Origin: Nemertoderma westbladi
Taxonomy: Eukaryota; Animalia; Xenacoelomorpha
Assembly (NCBI GenBank): GCA_032718475.1
Contig: JAUCBJ010007487.1
Span: 1-64,000, forward strand
Length of the DNA stretch: 64,000 nt
Direction: 5' to 3'
The position numbers and the translations under genes are program-made. Of the stretch, positions 1 through 12,955 are shown piece by piece. The notes under the pieces were generated by a model. That model ran no database searches. It saw nothing but the letters and a program-made list of their open reading frames with translations, and was not told the origin of the DNA. The first letter of the stretch is position 1; each line of letters starts with the position of its first letter.

Positions 1-99
1 TGACATACTTTTTATGAACGCCCCCTCAGTCAATTTTGATGGTAATTAGGCTAATCGTAACTAATTGTTGTAAACAAGGAACTCATGGTTAATTATAAT

Positions 100-2330
100 A
101 CTAAGACAGATATAATCTGGCGTTACATGGTTTTGTTTCTGTGATAACATGGGTTGGACAATATGTTACAGGCGGACTTGGTCGTAAATGAGAAAAATAC
201 CGGGAGACCTAGATCAGGGACTTTGCTTATTTTTTACTTAATACTTACAATCAGAAAGTCGGAATTTTCTGGTTGTATTCAAGACTCGTTTTTATTTCAG
301 AATGTTGATTTTCCTACATATGATGGAAGTACAATACCAGATCTCATTTTGCCTAGCGAATCCGAACTTGTGTATCAGATAAAGGTAAATTAGGTATAGT
401 AGTCGTTATTCAATTTTAATGGCTGACATTGGCTGTTCTGTGACTCCTAACTATTCCGACGAGAAAGTCCCAGATTGGCGTAATGCTGACTTAGCTAAAC
501 TTAGAACTAATCTTGCTGCGGTTGATTGGGAGGTGGTACTCGATGGTCTAGGGACATATGATGCTTTGGGAGGCTTTTAAATGTCGCCTCCAGTCTGCTC
601 AAGATAGTGCAGTGCCGTTGAAACGTCGACGCACTGGCACTTGACCAATATGGATGACAGGTAACATTCTTAGAATTATTAGGAAAAAACGAGGCTTCGG
701 AAAGTGTATTCGACTTCCAAGGATTTTCATTAATTTGAGGCCTATAAAAGGTCGAGCGCACGGTTAAGAATGCAGTACACTCCGCCCTAAAAAAATTTAG
801 AGAAACGTCTTGCCAGGGATGCTAAGAAAAACCCAAAGGCATTTTATTCATATCTTAAGGCTGCCAAGTCAAACAGGGAAACAGTTCGACCCTTTAAATC
901 AAATGGAGTCAATGTGACAAATGATGGTATGGCTGCAGATATTCTTAATAAATTCTTCACTTCTGTGTTTACTTTTGGTACCTCCACAGCTCATCCTGAT
1001 CCTATTGTTAAATGTTCAGAACAATTGAATAGCATCAACTTTTCCACAACCGATTTAGAGAATAAAATTATGAAGTAGCCCCTGGTGCAGACTTGATTGG
1101 CGCTAGATCCTTGCAATCTGTAGCTAATATTATTTCAACACCTTTTGCACATTGAGGATTGGCGTAAGACAAACGTTACACCCATCTTCAAAAGGGGTAG
1201 TAAATCAGAGCCAGGAAACTATATCGGCCCGTTTCTTTAACTTCTGTTTGCTGCAAATTGATGGAGGCCATTGTCAAGGATGCAATCTTGTATTATGTTA
1301 TTTTGAATAACTTAATTATCAATCAGCCCCCAGCACGGCTTTATACCTGGTAAGTCATGCCTAACGAATCTTCTTGAATATTTAGAAGGTCTAACCAAGC
1401 TTGTCGATGAAGGTCACTCTGTCGATGTTATCTTTCTAGATTTCAGCAAGGTCCCACATTCTCGATTATTAGTTAAGCTAGAGGCACTCGATATATGTGG
1501 CAATCTACTACAATGGATAGAGGCATGGTTATCTGATAGACTTCAGCGGGTGGTACTCAATGGTGCATTCTATAATTGGGCTCCAGTTCTTTCCGGTGTT
1601 CCACAGGGGGTCAGTTCTGGGACCATTACTTTTTGAAATTTATATCAACGACATCGATAGTGCTATTGATACTGTTGGACACTTCATGTTTAAGTTTGCG
1701 GACGACACTAAACTCGGTGGTATTGTAAACAATACTTGTGACAGGACAAAATTACAGGCCGACATTGACAACCTCTATAAAAATGGAGTATAGACTGGCA
1801 GTTGTTGTTTAAATGTCACATTTTGCACTTTGGTAAACATAACAACGACTTTCAATGTACCATTTCAGGCTATACACTTGCAAAGTGTCGAAAAGGATGT
1901 TGGGGTGCACATCCAATCTTCATTAAAGCCATCATATCATTGTGCAGCTGCTTAGAATCAGTCCAAGAGCGCGTTGTTCGTATGATATCCAATCTTACTT
2001 CCTCGTCTTATACTGATAGGTTAATAGAGATCGGACTTCCATCCCTTGAATTTAGGCGTGACAGAGGAGACATGCTACAAACGTGGAAGTTTATTCATAA
2101 CAAGACTGCCAGTAGTCCTAATACCTGGTTTAATTTGATGCAGGATATAAGCCAGCGTACCACACGACTTGCCTCTCACGATCAAAATTTCATTAAACCT
2201 CCTGCTCATCTAGACATTCGCGACAAGTTTTATCAGATGTGTCCGTAACTGGAAATCATTACCTCACAATATTAAGAGTGCTTCATGTCTCAATATGACC
2301 AACATATTATGTCCAACACAAAGACTTTTA
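100..2330 (+). mobile_element. Decayed CR1/L2-type non-LTR retrotransposon (end of endonuclease plus RT), many frameshifts and stops
   Basis: Fragmentary translations: DSFLFQNVDFPT..PDLIL (endonuclease end, ~280-350), NVTPIFKRG (~1172), QHGFIPGKSCLTNLLEYLE (~1332), SGVPQG/SVLGPLLF (~1592-1635), KFADDTKLGG (~1692), LPSLEFRRDRGDM (~2036). Boundaries approximate. Confidence 0.9.
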
Positions 2331-3573
2331 GGACTGGTATTTATGTGCATATTATTATTAAATGTTTTTCACTGTATTGCGTATTTCTGTATTATTTTTT
2401 TCTTTTGTTTTTCCTTGGTATCCTATATTTAACCTGTTAGGTTCCCAAGGATTATATTTATTAAATTAAATAAATTTAATTATATTTAATTAACACGAAA
2501 CAGGTACGTGAACTGAGAACTATTTTTCTAAGGATGAATTACAGTAAATCCAACCCATTCAACCCCTTAGTACCCAGTGGAAAAAATAATCACACATAGT
2601 TTGGGGGTCTTTCCTCATCCCATTCAACCCTTCCCAATGGAACAAAATGAGCCCACGTAGCTTCCATCCATCCCTATTACCCTATCCGTAGCCCTGTACT
2701 TAGACGTATCCAGATAACCACAATACGTACCTTCAAGTTTCAATGTACTATATACTTGGTCATTTACGAATAGTAGTGCACAGGGTGTACTGCGTAGTAG
2801 TACTCTACTCGCCCTATTTACTTTCACTTTTAAACTTTATCGGTGCTCAAAATTAAGGCACCCTAATTATCCTTTAATAAGAACCCCCTTTAGGTGCTAA
2901 GTATTTATCGCATCTTAAATTAAATAGAAGATATCCGGTACATTTAGTCATAAAAATATAATAAAATAAATATAAATAGCGTAAAAGTGAACTTATAATT
3001 TTGTTGAAGTATTTAAAATTTTAAAAATTAAATAAATTATTTATATTTATATAGTAAAAAAAATATGTAAAAAATCCTCATTTTGAATTCTATGCTTAAG
3101 TCTCAGTTTCAACTCTAGTAAATGTGATTAACTATCGATATACGATTTATAACAAGTTATATAATGATAAGCGACATAGAAAATCTAAAGAATACTAATT
3201 TTTCAGCCAAGATAATGAATACCCCCTCCCCCCCCCGGGCAAATTATAGGTCATGTAGTACAATATATAATTAGTAATTCGGCGTCGTATTGCGAAATAC
3301 AGTTGAAGTTCAATTACTCAAAGATCTAGTATTGTACAAAAACGATAATAATGATAAAAGTTCTTAAAAAATAGCCGACACTGGGTATTTAAGTAAACAG
3401 TTCAATCGATATAGTCACACACTGATTAGCTACTACTAGATCGATAGAATCATATAAACAAAGTTTGTCTAGACTGAATAACAATAGTAATTAGTCTTTC
3501 CACGGCCTAACTTGGTCACTTATACACACTTATCTTGGTTTCCGAATATAATCGCTCATTAACACGAACTAAC

Positions 3574-3741
3574 CGTCTCAACCAACTCGTATTTACTCGT
3601 CTCTTCAACCTCCTGTAACTGGAACACATACTCCAAGGCGGCTTTGTGGAACTCTTTCCTCTCTTTGTCCATATCCTTGTCAACATCCTCCAAAGTTGAT
3701 TCCCGCTTCTTATTACTCACGTTGAGGTGACGGTCAACAGC
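3574..3741 (-). CDS. Graf: GRAF/oligophrenin-family gene 1, exon 4 (BAR domain)
   Basis: tttctcag|GCT...ACG|gttagt; 168 nt, phase 0-0; AVDRHLNVSNKKRESTLEDVDKDMDKERKEFHKAALEYVFQLQEVEETSKYELVET resembles the GRAF BAR segment SLEYVFxLQEVQERKKFEFVE. Confidence 0.85.
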
Positions 3742-3784
3742 CTGAGAAATATTTTAAACATTAAATAGGGCGGGAAATCGGTAA

Positions 3785-3860
3785 TGGCGTCCAGGTGGGA
3801 TCGAACTCGTGACCTCCAGATTGGAAGTCTGCCGTTCTCTAACCATTCCGATAGCGTCTC
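3785..3860 (-). pseudogene. tRNA-derived sequence (tRNA pseudogene or SINE head), TCC anticodon-like loop
   Basis: Minus strand reads gagacgctatcggaatggttagagaacggcagacttccaatctggaggtcacgagttcgatcccacctggacgcca: A-box-like TGGTTAGA, B-box GAGTTCGATCCC, anticodon arm CAGA-CTTCCAA-TCTG, ends in CCA. Acceptor stem does not pair well. Confidence 0.55.
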
Positions 3861-4022
3861 AAATAAAAGGTTTTAATAATATTACGTGTTGTTAAAATAT
3901 ATCGTTTAATATCCCGCCTCAATGTTAAAATATTTGGATTTTGAATTTAAAATTAAGTTAGAAAATAATTGTAATAATTATTTTATATGTTTTAACATCC
4001 ATAGATTGTATAATAAATTATT

Positions 4023-4103
4023 AAGTAATTTAAACAGGACTTAGGATGATCCAACTCTATTTGCTACAAAGTTGGGATCATCCTAAGTCCCTGTTTAATT
4101 ACT
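4023..4103. repeat. Long imperfect inverted repeat (hairpin, MITE-like)
   Basis: aagtaatttaaacaggacttaggatgatccaact ... agttgggatcatcctaagtccctgtttaattactt; ~33-nt arms around a ~13-nt loop. Confidence 0.8.
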
Positions 4104-4139
4104 TAATTAGGTTAAATATGAATCTATTTTTTGTTCGGT

Positions 4140-4302
4140 AAATAAAATATGCTTTATTTACCGCTCGTCCCGAGATCCGTTATTTATAAGTACCACTACT
4201 ATCCAACTACTTGGTCGAGCGAACTCTGACAGATTATTAGAAGTAATATAGTATAAATAAGTCAGATCGAGGGACGAAAAGGTAAATAAAGTGTTTTATT
4301 TA
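4140..4302. mobile_element. MITE-like element with ~50-nt imperfect terminal inverted repeats
   Basis: aaataaaatatgctttatttaccgctcgtcccgagatc..ttatttata pairs with tataaataa..gatcgagggacgaaaaggtaaataaagtgttttattt. Confidence 0.5.
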
Positions 4303-5020
4303 TCGTAAAATATGTGACGGGGGGGGGGGGGGGGGGGGGGGGGGGGGTGGGGGGGGGAACTGGACGCAATAAATACCATATTGGCGAATTAATATCCCGC
4401 CTCAATGTTAAATTCTCAATTTAGGGAAAGGAGCAGGTTACAGTGGCACGTTATTTTAACCAAAACAATAAACTAAGCACAATAGAACAGGGTACAGTTT
4501 TATTTTTGAGAGTAATCAGCTGTTATTTGCGTCCAATTTCCCCTGGAGGGATGAATTTTCATTGCGTCCGACGATCCCCCCCCCTCCCCCCCCCCCCCCC
4601 CATCTGATCGTGCCATGACTTCCTACACCATTGTCCTGGAATATAGTGTCGTTATTCTGGTACATGGCCCCTGTTATCGAGACACGACCACCAAGTACCA
4701 TGTTAATTAATTCTAACGAGAATATTCAGTCCACAACGCTGTGCTGTGTTTCACAATATCTATTCTATTTGGAGCTCCCTGGCTTCTATTGTAGCGAACG
4801 CTGCCAGCATATTTTATTTTAACAGTGTCATGAATGGAGTTGATCTTGACTATAGAAATCAAACAAATTAATTTTAAAAGACAAACAGTATCCAGCAACT
4901 ATTTAACCGCCACACCACTAACAGTAAGTAAGTACTGACTGTATGCCTTGGTAGTTTCTCTTTCTTTACTTTTTATTGTGTTCCCGCTTGTATTAATTTA
5001 TGAACCAGAGTGCCACTAAC

Positions 5021-5135
5021 CTGGCAGTATTTATCAGTCTGTCGATCGTAACGTTTCTTCGATTCTTTGGCTTTACCCCAGCCGGTTTTAAACGATTTTA
5101 ACCGTTCTGACAGCATCAATGAGGGCCGATTCCAG
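5021..5135 (-). CDS. Graf: GRAF-family gene 1, exon 3 (BAR), with an apparent +1 frameshift
   Basis: ttgcag|CTG...CAG|gttagt; reads LESA then, after skipping one C, SLMLSERLKSFKTGWGKAKESKKRYDRQTDKYCQ, resembling GRAF ENASEVLxxPLEKFRKEQIGAAKEAKKKYDKETEKYC. Confidence 0.8.
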
Positions 5136-5259
5136 CTGCAATAGAATAGAAGAAGCGGTCTAGGACTCCCTAATTCATTAGCATTGTATGCCATTGTCCA
5201 AGGTACCGGTAACAGTTAATGCTACTATATGTACTACACGGACGGTACGCCCTACTCAC

Positions 5260-5414
5260 CGAGCTGGTGGGAACCTCGTCGACCTTGCTTATAATTTTCG
5301 CAAATTCGGAGAGGCTCCCCCTTATGAACTTTTCGTCTTCTGTCGGGTTGGAGACCGGCTGAGGGGTGAAGTCCATCATACTTTGGGCGAATTTGGCCTG
5401 CGCCTGGGAAAGTT
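5260..5414 (-). CDS. Graf: GRAF-family gene 1, exon 2 (BAR)
   Basis: attacag|AA...TCG|gtgagt; phase 1-0; LSQAQAKFAQSMMDFTPQPVSNPTEDEKFIRGSLSEFAKIISKVDE. Confidence 0.85.
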
Positions 5415-7239
5415 CTGTAATCGGAAACATAAAAAGTATTTCATAAAAGTAACTCGTCCCACCACATACTTAAGGTAATGAGCCAATAAAGACAACAGGT
5501 ATTTACAACAGATACAACTGGTATTTTTATATTTAAGATAAAATATGTGAAATTTGTCAACTGCATAAAGGGAAGTTCTAATTAGGTGAAAATACTGATC
5601 TAAATATACCAGCCAATGAAACAAAGCTAACCGGGTCGCTTTAGGGCATAGTTGGTATATACAATACATATTGCTAAACATTTAGATCTCATGTAGCGAT
5701 AAGTTTCATGGGAAAGGAGCAGGTTACAGAGGCGCGTTGTGGCTACCAAAACAATAAACTAAGTTGACCCCTAAAACTCGATACGATTTTGCTCATTTGG
5801 AACGGCAGTGCGGGTTTTAAGAAGACCCAAGAGCTGAACGGTGCCAGACGGACAGGGAAATTCGTTGGGCTCTTAAGTAGGTAGAGACAATGATAGTATA
5901 AATATGCACTAGGGATGGGAGGTCCAACAATTTTTGGAAAATTCAATGGGCTACCCCCCTCTCATATATTAGCCAAATGGAGAAAATATAAGCTGTAAAT
6001 ATTTTTTTTTCAATTTGGAAGAAATCCACCCAGAACTCAGCCCCACTAAAGTTATCGGCACCACAATCGTTATTATGGGTAAGGTCGCGATAGTGGATAA
6101 ATCTTTTTGTCACCAGACACACTTATAATTGACATATGAGGATGATTTTTAGCTTGTTTAAAGCAGGGATGGCATAACGAAACGAAGTATATTTGGGAAT
6201 AACAGACGAAAAAATAACTTAAACGAAAAAATGTCAAACGAAACGAAAATACATGCAAATAAAGAAATGAAACAAAACGCGAAATTTTAGTTTCGTTTCG
6301 TCAAACTAAAAAGTAATTAATCGTTAAGATATAGGCCTAACTTTAATAATATAAAAAAATAATTGAAAAATAATAAATAATAATAATGATATTCTCCATA
6401 ATTGTTGTAAAGTAAAAATGTAAACAGAGTCAATTACTTCCTTCAATGCAGCAGCAACCTTTTTGCCTACCATAGTTACCGGTACCATTGCAATGCAACT
6501 ACTACTATCAGGTATCAGCATGCTGCTGTGCTGCGCTGCATTGCAGCTGCATTATATATATTCATATATATTAAGAATGCTGTGTCGGCTTGTTGACAAA
6601 ATTGCGCCGCCACAACTCCCTATCAAATAGAATAAATAGCCTTCAGCGAACAATAATTCTTGCAATCTTTGAACGCCTAAATCTCAGCTGTTTCTCAACG
6701 AAATTCAGATATTGTTACATATTTGGAATCCTTGAAACGTAAGCTTTCTATTGGCAAAAAAAATTACCGACTAATGTGAAGAATGTCCACGATACGGAGG
6801 GTGCGATTTCGCAAAAGACACTTTTTTAAAAGCTTATAAAAAATTTAAAGGCGAAATCGAAAATTCCGGCTTCATGGTAACAACCACGGTGAGTTGAACT
6901 AGTTGTGTTTCAAATTTCAAGCTATATGATAATGATTTGTAGAGAAAAAATCTTTTGTTTGGGTTTTTTTTTTTATCAAAATTTGTTGGGGTTGGGGTGG
7001 GGGGGGGGGGGGGGGGTCACGATTCATGGTGTATTGTACCAACAAAATTGGTATTAAAAGTGGTAAAATGATTAGACAAATTTCCGTTGCTCTGGAAACT
7101 AAATGATAAATACTGAAATATGCAAAAGATTCAGGCAGTCAGGCAGTAGGCAGATACAGAGATAGTACGTCATACAGTCATATATACGTCACGTCATTAC
7201 TAACGGCGTATGGCCGTATGTGTCTAGCCGGTAATGGCG

Positions 7240-7370
7240 AAAAATATCGAGACTTGAAAAATATCGAGCGAGAGTAAAAATATCGCGAGTAAAAATAACG
7301 AGTGTTGAAAAATATCGAGAGTAAAAATAACGAGATTAAAAATATCGGGAGTAAAAATATCGAGAGTAAC
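7240..7370. repeat. Short tandem repeat, ~15-bp unit AAAAATATCGAGAGT
   Basis: About 8 degenerate copies visible. Confidence 0.7.
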
Positions 7371-7513
7371 ATTTTTTTAAAATAAGGGATAAACAGATAT
7401 ATATGACATATGATAATTTGTTTCCTAAAAATGTTATACCGGTAGAACAAAAAGAATGTGTTCTATAAATTTAGAATAAAACTATTAAGATTCTGAAATA
7501 ATGAATAACTTAC

Positions 7514-7688
7514 TTTGAGCCGCCTCGATTAAGACTTTTCCATCTTTAATGAGCGATTTAATGGCGGCACATGATCGTTCCAGTTCACTTTCGTGCTGCT
7601 TCAAGTTCTCTCTAAATGCAGGACTATCTCCAATGCAGTCACTAAACTCCAAAGGCTCCAAAGTCCCTATTCCAGAACAAAGAACCAT
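7514..7688 (-). CDS. Graf: GRAF-family gene 1, first coding exon
   Basis: ATG at 7688; [49 protein letters not shown] matches the GRAF/OPHN1 N-terminus (LxPLEFSDCxxDSPxFRExLxxHExELERT); donor CAAA|gtaagt joins exon 2 in phase 1. Confidence 0.9.
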
Positions 7689-7699
7689 CACGCTTCTTC

Positions 7700-8560
7700 A
7701 GTTCTTTGTCAGTTGGCAGTTACCAGAACCGTAACTGCAGAACTGGCAGACTAGTAACGGTCCTTCTACCACTGTACCAGTTTACCGTACTCTAGCAGTC
7801 TAGCTAGGTCAGTACTCAGTAGGTAGAGCAGTAGAGTGAACGACAGATAACGAGAATCAGTACAGCAGTTGGCCTGGCAGCTGGTGCTGGCGGGCTGGTG
7901 CGCTGGCTGGCTGGTGGTTGGGTTATTGTTATTGTGTGATGTGTCTTTGTGTGGTTGCCTGGCTGCCTGGTGCGGGTTGCTAGGTTATGGTTGACTGACG
8001 ATGAGATGACGAATGAATACCGGTACGGTGCGCCGGTTACCGGTACTGCTGTCAGGTCAGCAGATTATAGTCAGGCATCAGGTACCGGTAGTACTGTACG
8101 TACTGTAGGCTAGTACTGGCCTGCTGGCTGACTGGCCCTGCTATCAGGCTATCGGTCGGTACCTCTACTACCTGACTACTGCTCCTGTCTGCCTGTACCT
8201 GTACTGTACTAAAGACTAACTACCGGCCAGCCGGCAGCGACAAAAACGGCAGACCGGTAACAGGTAAGTATGAAGTAGGCCTAAACAGACTGCGCGTGCA
8301 ATAAAGTTCGGTTACAACAAGAACAGAAGAGCAAAGGTTCAAACTCTCAAATACGAAATAGTGCCGGTACGCAGTACTGCAGCAGGTACACAGGTACAGC
8401 CGTAAGAAATAATGAAATACAGAAATAGGCCTGCTTGCTGCTGATCAGCAATACAGCTGTACAGTCTAGCAAAGATAGTAGAAGTCAGCAATAGTCTGAA
8501 AGCTGGAAAGTCAACAAAGATCAAAGACTGAAAGGAATTTGATTGTTTTTTTACCTGTAA
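7700..8560. promoter_or_regulatory. Probable promoter/5' region of GRAF gene 1, enriched in TACCGGTA, CAGTA and GTAC motifs
   Basis: GC-elevated low-complexity tract directly upstream of the ATG, with repeated TACCGGTA/AGTACTG; a plus-strand donor CAG|GTAAGT at ~8262 hints at a divergent transcript. Confidence 0.35.
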
Positions 8561-9014
8561 ACAGATTACAGTTACAGATACAGTAAAAAGAGTTGATATA
8601 AGTGAATTGATATTAATATGGCAGTGATTTTTTATGTCCTTTTATCCTTTTGTCCTCCTTTTTTGACGAATTGTGCATAATGACTTTTGTTGTCCCTTAA
8701 ATGACTTTTGTTGTCCTTTAATGACATTTTATGTATGTATTTCTTCAAACTGTCAGACTGCTGATTTCTGGACTGTCAAACAGTTGATTTCAACATGCCT
8801 ATGCCAAAACATTCAAAATTTGTTGATTTCTGGTCTGTCGGACAGTTGGTTTCACTATGTCTGAGCCAAAACATTCATAATTCCATGATTTATAGACTAT
8901 GAGATAGATTTCCATATGCGCCTGTGGTAAAAGACTCTAAATTTAATAGTTTGTGGTTGTTGTCGATAATCGATTACCACATGACGTAGCAAAACACTCA
9001 TTTTACAGCCAAAA

Positions 9015-10977
9015 ACAATTACCAATTGATGGAAAGGAGCAGGTTAAGGCCGGATTTTCTAACCAAAACAATAAACAGTCACTTTACCAAATGAAGGAAA
9101 AGAGCAGGTTACAGAGGCTAGCCTTTCTAACCAAAACAATAAACGGTCACTTTACCAAATCAGAGAAAGGAGCAGGTTACAGAGGCGGGAATTTCTAACC
9201 AAAACAATAAACAATCACTTTACCAAATGAAGGAAAGGAGCAGGTTACATAGATGGTCTTTTCTAACCAAAACAATAAACGCGATAACATTACCAATTGA
9301 GAGAAAGGAGAAGGTTACAGAGGCGGGATTTCCTAACCAAAACAATAAACGATCTCTTAAAAAAATTGAGGGAAAGGAGCAGGTTTCAGAGGCGGAATTT
9401 TCTAACCAAAACAATAAACGATCACTTAACTAATTGAGAGAAAGGAGCAGGTTACAGAGGGGGGATTTTCTAACCAAAACAATAAACAGTCACTTTACTA
9501 AATGAAGGAAAGGAGCAGGTTACAGAGGCCGGACCTTTCTAACCAATACAATAAACGGTCACTTTACCAATTCAGGGAAAGGAGCAGGTTACAGAGGCGG
9601 AATTTTCTAACCAAAACAATAAACGGTCACTTTACCAAATCAGAGAAAGGAGCAGGTTACAGAGGCGGGATTTTCTAACCAAAACAATAAACAATCACTT
9701 TACCAAATGAAGGAAAGGAGCAGGTTACATAGATGGTCTTTTCTAACCAAAACAATAAACGCGATAACATTACCAATTGAGAGAAAGGAAAAGGTTACAG
9801 AGGCGGGATTTCCTAACCAAAACAATAAACGATCTCTTAACTAATTGAGGGAAAGAAGCAGGTTTCAGAGGCGGAATTTTCTAACCAAAACAATAAACGA
9901 TCACTTAACTAATTGAGAGAAAGGAGCAGGTTACAGAGGGGGGATTTTCTAACCAAAACAATAAACAGTCACTTTACTAAATGAAGGAAAGGAGCAGGTT
10001 ACAGAGGCCGGACCTTTCTAACCAATACAATAAACGGTCACTTTACCAATTCAGGGAAAGGAACAGGTTACAGAGGCGGAATTTTCTAACCAAAACAATA
10101 AACGATCACTTAACTAATTGAGGGAAAGGAGCATGTTACAGAGGCGGAATTTTCTAACCAAAACAATAAACGATCACTTAACTAATTGAGGGAAAGGAGC
10201 AGATTACAGAGGCGGGATTTTCTAACCAAAACAATAAACGATCACTTAACTAATTGAGGGAAAGGAGCAGGTTACAGAGGCGGGATTTTCTAACCAAAAC
10301 AATAAACGATCATTTAACTAATTGAGGGAAAGGGGTAGGTTACAGAGGCGGAATTTTATAACCAAAACAATAAACGATCACTTAACTAATTGAGGGAAAG
10401 GAGCAGGTTACAGAGGCGGGATTTTCTAACCAAAACAATAAACGATCATTTAACTAATTGAGGGAAAGGGGCAGGTTACAGAGGGGGAATTTTCTAACCA
10501 AAACAATAAACGATCATTTAACTAATTGAGGGAAAGGGGCAGGTTACAGAGGCGGGCCTTTCTAACCCAAACAATAAACGGCCACTTTACCAAATCAGGG
10601 AAAGGAGCAGGTTACAGAGACGGGACTTTCTAACCAAAACAATAAACGATAATTTAACTAATTGAGGGAAAGAGGCAGGTTATAGAGGCGGGATTTTCTA
10701 ACCAAAACAATAAACAGTCATTTTACTAAATGAAGGTAAGGAGCAGGTTACAGAGGCGGGCCTTTCTAACCAAAACAATAAACGGTAACTTTACCAAATC
10801 TGGGAAAGCAGCAGGTTACAGAGGCGGGATTTTCTAACCAAAACAATAAACAGTCACTTTACTAAATGAAGGAAAGGAACAGGTTACAGAGGCAGGCCTT
10901 TCTAACCAAAACAATAAACTTTACCAATTCAGGGAAAGGAGCAGGTTACAGAGGCGGGATTTTCTAACCAAAACAAC
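9015..10977. repeat. ~68-bp tandem satellite (~28 copies) with a 480-bp higher-order duplication
   Basis: Unit GGAAAGGAGCAGGTTACAGAGGCGGGATTTTCTAACCAAAACAATAAACGATCACTTAACTAATTGAG; the 60-nt lines starting at 9241 and 9721 are identical. Confidence 0.95.
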
Positions 10978-12204
10978 CGGTCAGCCGTTAGGCCTACCAT
11001 TACCGTATTTAAATGGTAGGCTACGCAGTAGGCCTACAGCAGTACCGGTGCCGGTACCGGTACTAAAATACCTAAAATACCTGCTTTATACCTACATCCT
11101 GTACATACAATACAGCAATGCTGAAAATAGTGCTCTATATACTAATACCGGTACTGATAGCCTGAGAGAACAGCAGTAGAGAAACCGGTAGCATGGAACC
11201 TAACGGTAAATTTCTGGAGGACATAAAAAGTAAAAAAAAGGACATCATGAGTGATTTAAACGGACAATAAAATTTTTTGCGTATTAATAGTGATATTATA
11301 TAATATGAGTGAATGAATATTATATAATATGGTCGTACAGTAGATTTCAAGTTATACGAGATGTTAGATTTCGTCCTAAATTACTTTTTAGATATAACTA
11401 ATAACTGTATTACATTTAAGATTACAGCATAGATTTCTTTGGATTTCGGTTTAGATTTCAGAATAAATCTAAGCCAAGATTGTGGTGTTAGATTTCCAGT
11501 TAGACGAGAGGTTAGATTTCGTCCAAGATTACTTTTTAGATTTCCGCTGATATTTCGTCTAAGAATGCCCCATACAGTAGATTTCTGATTTCAGTTTATA
11601 TTTCGTCCAAGATTAAGACTTAATGTAGAAATGACGTTTATGTTACATGGGATTTTCCAGTGTCGGACGTTACCGACATACATTATGCGTATTTCTGAAT
11701 GTTTCGCAACAAAAAATATTGAAATACAGTAAGAGCGAAAAGTAAGTTTAGACCCACTTCTAACAATCAATGTCTCGTAGCCTTTAAATGTTCAAATTTG
11801 CAAATCTTAATTAGGCTATAATTCCAAACAAGATGAGGTGTTTGATGTTAACCTAAAACGACTCATCTTTTTTCACGAAAATTTCAATCTCTTAAATATT
11901 TTGTACTCATCACGCATTTGAAATTTTCTTATCCTAATATCATTGGCGTTAATTGTAATACAAAATAACGTATTTCATTACATTACAGAGGATAGTTTTT
12001 AGAAATACTATGGCAATGATGGTAACAGTTTCGGTGTTGGATGTTACATGCCGGATGTTACGTGCTTGTCCTTGATAATAATGTAAAACATTATGATTAA
12101 ATATATGAGATATTACTTTATTTGTAGTTTTTTTTAGTTAATTGAAAAGGGAAACCATCAAGCACAATAATATAATGTGCTCCCATACAGTATAACTGCA
12201 TATA

Positions 12205-12584
12205 GACAATATGTACCGTACAACAAGAGTCCCACAAGAAATGAAAACAAATAAGTTGGTGCCAGTTCCCAAGAAGGGCAACCTAACACTCTATGGTTCT
12301 TTTCGGGGAATCTCATTGATCTCGATTGCTGCAAAGCTATACAATAGAATTCTATTAAATCGCATCAGGGATCCCCTTGAGAGACTGCTACGTGGATATC
12401 AGAATGGGTTCCATGGAGCCCATGTTAGCACTAGAAGAGTTATCAAAAAAGAAAGACAGACATGGCTGTTATCTTTGTTGACTTCTTCAAGGCCTTTGAT
12501 TCAGTCTCTCGCTCACGTATGTTCAGCATACTTTCATTATATGGGATTCCTGATGACATTATTGCAGCAATCAGATCAGTATTA
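12205..12584 (+). mobile_element. RTE-like LINE RT fragment
   Basis: LVPVPKKGNLTLYGSFRGISLISIAAKLYNRILLNRIRDPLERLLRGYQNGF, then in another frame FVDFFKAFDS. Confidence 0.85.
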
Positions 12585-12955
12585 CTAGGATCGGCATGCT
12601 GCATTGCAGCTGCATTTTAAGAATGCTGTGCCGGCTTGTCGAAAAAATTGCGCCGCCACAACAACTCTATCACCCATGACATTTGCTAGATCAACCATAT
12701 CTTCAAGGCCAGTGCCCTTTAAGATGCGTCTCAAGAAAGTCATGGGCTGTCCACCATGCTTATTCACTCCATGAGGCTGTCAAAGTACAAGATTATGCAC
12801 TGGGTGGTCCTCACGGCGAAAGCAATGTCCTGCAAAGCACAGGCGGTTATATAGTGTCTGGTTGGAGATGTGTTCATTTTACTTGACACATTGAACCCGG
12901 CTCAGCATTTTTGTGAATGTGCCATCCAGAGAATTGGTGTCCCCTGCAGTTAGAG
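12585..12955 (-). mobile_element. RTE-like LINE 3' fragment; related copies at ~6520-6625(-), 37185-37610(-), 60470-60810(+), 61922-62045(-)
   Basis: Shared C-terminus FLRRILKxTGLEDxxDLANVMGDR and 3' end ...gcaatgcagcatgccgatcc(tag)n across copies. Confidence 0.8.

Noticed and set aside
3785-3860. Functional tRNA-Gly(TCC) gene
   Set aside because: Acceptor stem does not pair and CCA is genomically encoded; treated as tRNA-derived.
9015-10977. CRISPR array or small ORFs in the 68-bp array
   Set aside because: Whole units repeat without unique spacers; the ORFs are by-products of the repeat.
12205-12955. Twin-priming 5' inversion of one RTE insertion
   Set aside because: The (TAG)n tail faces inward at 12585 instead of lying at the outer edge; better explained as two insertions.
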